Positions 55,536 through 64,000 of a stretch of 64,000 nucleotides of DNA are shown piece by piece; within the stretch, counting starts at the first letter, position 1, and every line of letters starts with the position of its first letter. The stretch lies in assembly GCA_951406725.2 (NCBI GenBank), contig OX597832.1, forward strand, positions 23,684,001-23,748,000, in the 5' to 3' direction. A program made the position numbers and the translations under genes. A model generated the notes under the pieces. That model made no database searches. It had not been told where the DNA came from and was given only the letters and a program-made list of their open reading frames with translations. Source of the DNA: Octopus vulgaris (lineage: Eukaryota).

Positions 55536-56119
55536 CGACGGGCTTCTTTCAGTTTCTATCTACCAAATCCACTCACAAGGCTTTAGTCGGCCCAAAGCTA
55601 TAGTAGAAGACACTTGCCCAAAGAGCCACGCAGTGGGACTGAACTCGGAACCATGTGGTTGATAAGCAAGCTACTTACCATGATGGTTCTAACGATATTC
55701 TTTGAAAAGCGAAGGGAAGTGGCGTGTGAGTGAGGAGATCAGTTAACGGTAATCGTAGTATTGGTGGTTGAAGGGGTGTTGGAGCGGTTGTTGTTTAGCC
55801 CCAGGCTGTCGCTGGTCGAGCACTCCAACGATCAAACGCATTCCATGGGTGGTGGGGTAGAGGAGTGAGATGATTGTAGTGGTGAGGGCGGTGGTGGCTT
55901 CATCATATATGTTACTCGTGCAGGCGGGGTTGGAGCTGTGGGTGGCTGTTTGGTAGTGGCACCGATGTATTTCATTAGGGAGTGGGGTGGTGGAGGTAGC
56001 AACGGAGGAGTGATATATGGTGGTGATGGGGAGGTTGTTGGTGTTGCTTGGTAGAGAGAACTTAACGCACACTGCAGTTAGGAATTATCGTAATATCTTT
56101 TAAAAGTTAATAGTTTTTT

Positions 56120-56513
56120 GTTGTAGTAGTAGCAGTGGTGTGGTGGTGGTGGTGGTGGTAGTAGTAGTAGTAGTTGTAGTAGTGGTGGTGGTGGTGGTGG
56201 TGGTGGTGGTGGTGGTAGTAGTAGTATTAGTAGTAGTGGTGGTGTGGTAGTAGTAGTAGTAGTAGTAGTAGTAGTGATAGTAGTAGTAGTAGTAGTAGTA
56301 GTAGTGATGGTGGTAGTGGTGGTGGTAGTAGTCGTAGTGGTGGTGGTGGTAGTAGTAGTGGTGGTGGTGGTGGTGGTGGTAGAAGTTTTAGTAGTAGTAG
56401 TAGTAGTAGTAGTAGTGATGGCGGTAGTGGTGGTGGTAGTGGTGGTGGTGGTGGTGGTGGTAGTAGTAGTAGTAGTGGTGGTGGTGGTGGTGGTGGTGGT
56501 GGTGGTGGTAGAA

Positions 56514-56562
<49 letters not shown>

Positions 56563-56566
56563 CAGC

Positions 56567-56611
<45 letters not shown>

Positions 56612-56620
56612 GGTGGTGGT
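56120..56620. repeat. (GTA)n/(GGT)n compound array
   Basis: Direct reading. Confidence 0.95.
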
Positions 56621-56989
56621 CTTCTATTATAACCTCGGGCCGACCAAAGCCCTGTGAGTAAACTTGGTATACGGAAACTGAAAGAAGCCCGTCGTATATA
56701 TATTATGCATGTGTGTGTTGTTTTTGTGCTTGTGATTGTTCCCACCACCTTTTGACAACCGGTGTTGGTGTGTTTACGTCCCCCACAAATTAGAAGTTTG
56801 GCAAAAGAAACCGGTAGAATAAAACTTAAGCTTTAAAAATAAGCAAGTACTAGGGAAGATGCATTCGACATAAAATTATTCGAGGCGGTACTCCAGAATG
56901 GCCGCAGTCTAAGTAAAAGATAAAAGATAACGGTTTGGAACTGTTTTCTTCTAATTTCGTTTTTAAATCCTACCTTTATTGGTATTAAA

Positions 56990-57328
56990 ACAGTTAAGTA
57001 ATGAGGGAGAAAAATTCAATATTAATTTAATTAATATCAATTTAAAACCAGTAGCCTAACATATAAAATAAATCTGAAAAATCAAAAAAACTTCAATACA
57101 TGTGTATATTTAGGGCTAAAAACCACTAGGTGGATAGCCATATGCTAGAAAAAGATCACATACGATCTAACTACAAAGAAAGAATGTTCTCCAGAGAAAA
57201 TTCAGTGAGAAAATTGGTGTTCGCTAAATTTTCTCTGGAGAACATTCTTTCTTAGTAGCTAGATCGTATGTGATCTTTTTCTAGCATATGGCTATCCACC
57301 TGGTAGTTTTTAGCCCTAGATATACACA
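56990..57328. mobile_element. Fold-back insertion with 15-bp TSD and no recognisable hammerhead
   Basis: TTTATTGGTATTAAA at 56975-56989 and 57329-57343; arms 57094-57208 and 57221-57335. Confidence 0.8.
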
Positions 57329-57780
57329 TTTATTGGTATTAAATATATCTTATTAAATGGCTACAGATTTCCACTCTCTCGCTTCACGTATCGATACTTC
57401 ACTATTTATTGATCACTGAACCTGGCTCCAGATCTTAACGAAATATCAATTATTTTACATTATCTTGTGTATTGTATGACATAAAATATCACATTTCCTA
57501 AATTCCATACTGGTTTTTGAATATGAAAAAACCCAAAGGAATTACATCTCCTTAAATTCATTTAAACTGGAGCTCGACGTTCGTATGGCTTCCTTTTCCG
57601 TTTTGGTATATATTTTCTACGTAAATCTCAATGGACGTTCTGTGTGGCATTACCTTAGAGTCCTCTGGAGATAATTTAGTATGTATGCATGAGAACGCGT
57701 GCGTGTGTGTATAAATGTATATAGTATGTGTATATAAATATGTATAAATATATAAATATACATGTGAAAAGATATAATGC

Positions 57781-57814
<34 letters not shown>

Positions 57815-57836
57815 GCATATGTGAATGTATATAAGC

Positions 57837-57880
<44 letters not shown>

Positions 57881-57921
57881 TATATGCCTACCTATTTATA
57901 TGTGTCGGCATACATGTATAC

Positions 57922-57972
<51 letters not shown>

Positions 57973-58087
57973 CATGTATACGTATATGTATATATGTATG
58001 CATTTATAGATATATGCGTATATATATGTATATGTACGTATTTATAAATGTATGCGTATATATATAGTTAGATAGATAGATATATGC

Positions 58088-58122
<35 letters not shown>

Positions 58123-58125
<3 letters not shown>

Positions 58126-59512
58126 ATAGAAATGGTAAGACAACAAACGAATGAAAGAAACCTCGATATTATGTAAATAGAGGAATTTATCTGCAAATAT
58201 AATATGTGACAATTATTCGGTAGCCATGATAAAGCTCCGAGTTTCGGATTCCGGGGAGGAAACCCACGCCGGCATCTATTCAGTTATCGGGCCATCAAAA
58301 AATGCTATGAAAATGACCGTTAAACAAAGGGAAATTAGTGTGTGATTGACCGTTATTAAGACAAAAGAGCTATTAGAATGAGCGCTAAGTGAGGGGAGGG
58401 AGTAAAGGTAAGGGAGTAAAAATGTTCATAGCAATCGCGTAAGCGCGCATCTCCATGCATACACATGCGCGCCCGGACACCCACGTACATGTGGCTATAT
58501 GTATATACTCATCCACTCTCACTTGAAACACACACATATGCTCGCCCACACATTCGCCATAAAAATATATACATACACGCATACACGCTCGCACATACAC
58601 ACACACACGCGCACAAAGAAGGTTTACTCACACCTCTATATACGCTATATACGCTCATGCACAAGAAAAAACAGGGCTAAAGGCAAATTTCAGATAAAAG
58701 TGTAAAAAGTGTAAAAAATAAGCAATAAGAATAACAAGTAAAGATTTAAATATGCCCATGGCGAACGCGTATGAACGCATGTCCATACATACGCATGCGC
58801 GCACGCACATCCACATACATGTGCTTATGTGCATATGCTCGTCCACACTCGCTTGAAACACACACATGCGTACTCACACATTCGCCAAAAATAATTTATA
58901 CATACAGGCATACACGCTCACAAACACACACGCGCACAAAAATGGTTCATATACACGTCTATATACGCAATACTCGCATGCATGCATATACACACGTCTA
59001 TATACGCACATACTCGCATGCACCCACACATCCACACGCGCGCATAAAAAAATTCATATACGCGTCTATATATGCACAGGAAAAATGCAGGGTGGAAGGT
59101 AAAATATAGAAAAAATATATGAGCAATAAACCTATAAAAGAATATCTCTATAAATATGTAAAATATATATATATATAAAATATATATAAGAAATATAAGT
59201 AAAAAGTATAGAGAGATAAAAAGCTTATATGTGGACACAATATAAAAAAGCAAGTCCTACTTGTAATCTCGGATGGGACCAAAAACGTAACAAATATTTA
59301 GCCACATATGGACATTACCCGAAAAGTTCAGTTCTTGAATTTAGACATGTGGCGGGGTCTAAGCTGCTTTTCAAGATGAGCCATCTTTCCATATCACAAA
59401 GACTGCACTTTCCACTGCCGTTGGTGTAGGGCTTACACTTGGCTAAGATCTTCCAATGGATGTTGTAACTGACACCTTTATCTTTTAATGACCATATATG
59501 ACTGGATAATTT
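58123..59512 (-). mobile_element. 5'-truncated Penelope-like element: GIY-YIG C-terminus, duplicated 3' UTR block, hammerhead, 3' end abutting (TA)n
   Basis: KLSSHIWSLKDKGVSYNIHWKILAKCKPYTNGSGKCSLCDMERWLIL..CLNSRTELFG*CPYVAKYLL (from 59512 to ~59290; absent from the ORF track). Repeats at 58419-58690 and 58748-59105. GATAA/CTGAATA/GATGCCGG..CCGGAATC/C-GAA-ACTC-g-GAG-CT/TTATC at 58288-58228. Confidence 0.82.
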
Positions 59513-61498
59513 GCAGAAGTGATATTTTGAAATACCAATACAATTATATTTATTTCAGTTTAAATTTTCCTCTTATTTTCTCATGACTATGTTGCGTTTT
59601 AAAGTGGTTGAAGCTAGTAGCAACTTATTCTTTTATTCTTTCATCCGTTTCATTCAGCTGACTACGGCCATGATGGGGCCCTGGCTTCGAAAGGTATTTA
59701 GTCGAATAAATTGACCCAGGACTTACACTTTTTTAAGCTTAGTACTTATTCAGTCGGTCCCGCTGCCGAACCGCTAAGTAAACACACAGAGACATAAACA
59801 CACCAACACCGGCTGTCAAGCGGTGATGCTGTGAATAGAGAGAGGACACACTCATATATATACCGCGGACTTCTTTCAGTTACCTTCTACCAAATCCACT
59901 CACAAGGCTTTGGTCTACCCAAGGTTATAGTGCAAGACAGTTGCCCAAGGTATCACAGAGTGGGACTGAACCTGGAACTCTGTGGTTAGGAAGAAAGCTT
60001 CACACCACACAGCCACGCCTGCACCTACTTATGTTGATAAAAAATATAAATACTTTCTTAGTTTTACCCATGATAAACTTCTAAGAGCATTTTCTTATTA
60101 CCTTTTTTTTTTTCAATATACATTTTACTTAAGTGAAATCTGACATAAATTTATATTGACACAAATTCATTGTTAAAAGAATCTTCTTGTTTTAGTAGAG
60201 GTACTAAAACCTGGCCTCCTACCTCGATAATTATACCCCTATTTATTTTACTTCATTTTCATTTTATTTATCTGTTTGCTTGTTTGTTTGTTTAATCATT
60301 TATTTATCTTATTCGCAATTATTTTTATTGTATTAGTAATTCATGTAAATACTACCAGATGGTCAACTCAATCTTTAGAAAGCAAATCTTTTACGATAAA
60401 TTTATTCTTCCTAATTCTATCTTTTAATTTTTGATTTCATTGTATTTATACAAATTATATATTTATACAGATCTTATTTCTTTCTAGAAGTGTGTATACA
60501 ATTATTTGGCGGACTCCGCATTTATGGGTATAAATATATGTATTCTTATCTATGATTATTTAAATATGTGTCACGGATGATGTAGCGCTTATGTAACTTA
60601 CACAGATTACGAAACAGCTGGCAACTAACAGTTTAAACATCTGTTCTCTGACTTCACTTCCCTGGACAATTTTTATACACACTATCAACCATTACGATTC
60701 CTGAATCTTCAGAAAGGGGGCGAAGTTACATTCCAGTCTTAACCACGGTCTTTCTCGACAGCCACGGACTAGCAAGGGAGCTTGATGTGAATTCTGTTCG
60801 ATTCCTTGAATCCTTATGCATACACAGAGCACAGGCATGGCTGTGTGATAAGAAGTCTACTTCCCAATCATATGGTTCTGGGTTCAGTCCCACTGTCTGA
60901 CACCTTGGGCAAGTGTCTTCTACTATAGCCCCGAGCTGATCAAAGCCTTGTGAATAGATTTGAGAGACGGAAACTGAAAGAAGCCTGTCATATGTGTGTC
61001 TGTTTGTGCATGTGTGTGTGTGCGTACGTGAGTGTGTGCGTGCGTGTGTATTTGCGTGTGTGTGTGTGTGAGTGTGGTTCAAAATTGTACAAAAACCAAA
61101 ACCAAAGGACAGAGACAAATGAGATGACAACAAAATATATAGTTCGCTAGACAGAATCAATGGAAGATTTTTTTGATATTTTGAGCCTATGCTCTTTCGC
61201 AGAATGGAATGAGAAGAAGAAAAAAACAGATGGAGAAAGAAAAAAAGAAAAAAAAAACAAGAGAAAAAATGTCATGTCTGGAATAACGGTTGCACATACG
61301 TATGCAGGTGTATTTATATATAAAATCATAATTATATCTCTCGCATAAAATAAAAACTGTGAAAACATAGTTTTTAATTCAAATTCAAAAAATAACTCTT
61401 TCAAAAGCACTTCACCTTATTTTTCTTCTACTCAGCCATGGTCTCTTGTGCGCAGATATTTATATTTCCCAGACTTTACGTTTATTGTTTTGCACGTA

Positions 61499-61555
<57 letters not shown>

Positions 61556-61700
61556 GTATGTATATATATGTGCGTGTGTGTGTGTAGGTATGCACACATG
61601 TATATACACAAAGATGTACATACATATATACATACTTACATACATACATACATGTATATAAGTATATGTATATATCATATATATTTACTCCTACACAGAC

Positions 61701-61766
<66 letters not shown>

Positions 61767-61811
61767 GCGTGTATGTATATATGTATATATATACATATAT
61801 ATCTGTATATT

Positions 61812-61861
<50 letters not shown>

Positions 61862-62334
61862 TCGTTTGCTTCAGTATTTTTCTTTGTTTCTGTGTGTGTT
61901 TTTGTTTTGTTTTGTGGGGGGTTTTTTGGTGTGTTTATATTTCGATTGGATAAGAAACATGATTACTTTTTATGAGTAAAATAAATCTGTTATTTGTACC
62001 CGTGTGAATATGTATATGCGCGTGTCTGTGAATACGTGTATGTGTCTGTGTGTAGACACAGCTGTAAGTGTGTGTGTGTGTGTGTGTGTGTGTTTGTCTG
62101 TTTGGGTATGAATATGAAAACCGTGGTAATGAGTAACTAAAAATTTCGAGTTTGTTGCTTCTACTTAGTAAGCACCTACGCACTTATACATATAAATACG
62201 TACGCGCGTGTGTCAGTGTGTCCGAGTGTGCGTGAGTGTGTATGTGTGCGCATGTGTATGCGCGTGGGTGTGCTTCCGCGTAGATGCGTATACACACACA
62301 CACGTATATATATATCTATATAATATTTCATATA

Positions 62335-62683
62335 TCAATAATAATAAAGGGTAAAATTAATTAATCAGTTAGTAATTAATCATTTTACCAAGTAGTTCGG
62401 TATGTTAAAGGAACCATTATCGGTAACCTTATACAAAAATTCTATAATTATAAGCATAATTATAATTAGGGTTTAGCAAAAATCGCTTCACCACATACAG
62501 AAATTTAGAAATAGCAGCTAAATACTATTCCACTACCATAAGATATCTCCCAGACAGAGAGATATCTGGGAGATATCTTATAGTAGTGGAATAGTATTTA
62601 ACTGCTATTTCTAAATTTCGGTATGTGGTGAAACAATTTGCTGAACTCTAATTATAATTATGCTTATAATTATAAAATTTTTG
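62335..62683. mobile_element. Fold-back insertion with ~14-bp TSD, architecturally similar to 56990-57328
   Basis: TAATATTTCATATA (62321) and TATTATTTCATATA (62684); arms 62431-62554 and 62565-62686. Confidence 0.78.
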
Positions 62684-62799
62684 TATTATTTCATATAAAT
62701 ATATTTGTGTGTATGTGGATGTAATGTGTGTGTGAGTGATAGGATAGATATACCTCCAGACAAACACACACACACACACACACACGCACATGAGCATAT

Positions 62800-63024
62800 G
62801 AGCTGGTAGAAACGTTAGCATGCCGGGCGAAATGCGTAACCGTATTTCATCTGCCGTTACGTTCCGAGTTCAAATTCCGCCGAGGTCGACTTTGCCTTTC
62901 ACCCTTTCGGGGTCGATTAATTAAGTACCAGTTTCGCACTGGGGTCGATATAATCGACTCAATCCCTTTGTCTGTCCTTGTTTGTCTCCTCTGTGTTTTT
63001 CCCCTTGTGGGTAGTAAAGAAATA
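62800..63024 (+). mobile_element. Full-length SINE family B
   Basis: GAGCTGGTAGAAACGTTAGCA..GAGTTCAAATTCCGCC..CCCCTTGTGGGTAGTAAAGAAATA. Confidence 0.9.
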
Positions 63025-63473
63025 TATGTAAATATAGATTTATTTATGTGATCACACACACAGCAAGCTGCTACATAGAATTGAACCCTGACCTTCTTAG
63101 TTGCGGATGATCGTTCTGTACCATTAAGCTAAACTATTTATTTTGTTTTCTATAAAATACCAACTCACTCGGCACTTCTGTGTTTATTTATAAAAACTGT
63201 TCTCTCGTTCCAAAAGCTATTATTTGGTGTTATAAAAGACGGCAGTAGTTCTCAGATGTCGCTTAGCTTAATATACTGAGCCGTCAGCCGAAATTGTAAG
63301 GTAGAGGGTTCGCTTCACTGTTGTGGCTCGCTGACCGTCAGACTAATACCCCTTCTACGGGTATTTACCTGATCTTCTAGGCTGTTTTCACAGTCCTCCT
63401 TATTCGAGATTTCCTTTATATAAAATGACAACTTATTCAGTGCTTCTAATTGTGTTCATGTATATATATATAA

Positions 63474-63682
63474 AGTTAATCCAAACATGAAAACACCAAG
63501 AGAAAAGACAACAACGCGAGGACGTGGAACAAGTATAGTGTTATTGGACGCTCAGGAAAGGAAGAAAAGAAGGAGGGTTTAACGTGTTGAGCGGAGCTCT
63601 TCGTCAGAAACATAGGAAAAGGAAAGATCCAGAGAAGGGAAGACGGAGGGAAAAAATTCGCCAACGGTGCACACGCGGTCAC
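63474..63682 (-). mobile_element. Short TA-flanked unit with decayed hammerhead
   Basis: GTTT/CTGACGA-A/GAGC-tcc-GCTC/AACACGTT (from GAAACGTT)/AAAC at 63611-63577. Confidence 0.6.
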
Positions 63683-63705
63683 ATATATATGTATATGTGT
63701 GTGTG

Positions 63706-63771
<66 letters not shown>

Positions 63772-63776
<5 letters not shown>

Positions 63777-63817
63777 TTTATTTAAAGCAGCAGAAAATTC
63801 AACAAAACCTGTTACTC
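63772..63817 (-). mobile_element. Truncated copy of the 12.1-kb unit
   Basis: TATACTTTATTTAAAGCAGCAG.AAATTCAACAAAACCTGTTACTC is nearly identical to 12091-12136 and has the same (TA)n junction. Confidence 0.85.
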
Positions 63818-63959
63818 CTGGTTATTACCTAGGTAGGTACAGTCTTTTGTAAGATTGTAAGGTAGCAGGTGGTTCGGTTGGGAAAACGGAGCTTAGGCTA
63901 TATAGGAGAAGAAATCCCATTGTTATTATATCCATTTTCTATATGTATATGTATATATG

Positions 63960-64000
<41 letters not shown>

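Noticed and set aside
59315-59317. In-frame stop near the Cys motif as possible selenocysteine
   Set aside because: The codon is TAA, not TGA.
60569-60626. Additional hammerhead relic (CGGATGA..TTAC-GAAA-CAGCTG-GC)
   Set aside because: Core, cleavage triplet and stem I are all imperfect, so it is not distinguishable from chance by eye.

Overview
AT-rich, microsatellite-saturated animal DNA; the SINE families and repeat style point to an octopod cephalopod (inference). The only host coding sequence I can support is the first coding exon of a class A neuropeptide-type GPCR on the minus strand (1662-1336, ending at a GT donor). The remaining ~62 kb is upstream, 5'-intronic or intergenic DNA with tRNA-derived SINEs, a CR1/L2-group LINE end, mariner and maT fragments, MITEs, a hAT MITE, a Helitron, a Helentron-type element and a Gypsy LTR remnant. 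Nearly all ORFs in the track are microsatellite artefacts. The main hidden signal is a dense population of Penelope-like (PLE) retroelement remnants: about 15 minimal type I hammerhead-ribozyme-like motifs from several unrelated families, found by eye. Some lie just downstream of GIY-YIG or RT fragments, one pair sits in a 240-bp tandem repeat, some have a greatly extended stem II, and many are non-coding units inside (TA)n. There are also five long fold-back hairpins (77-192 bp arms), three with a hammerhead and two bounded by target-site duplications. All folds and alignments were done manually; element boundaries are approximate and ribozyme activity is untested.
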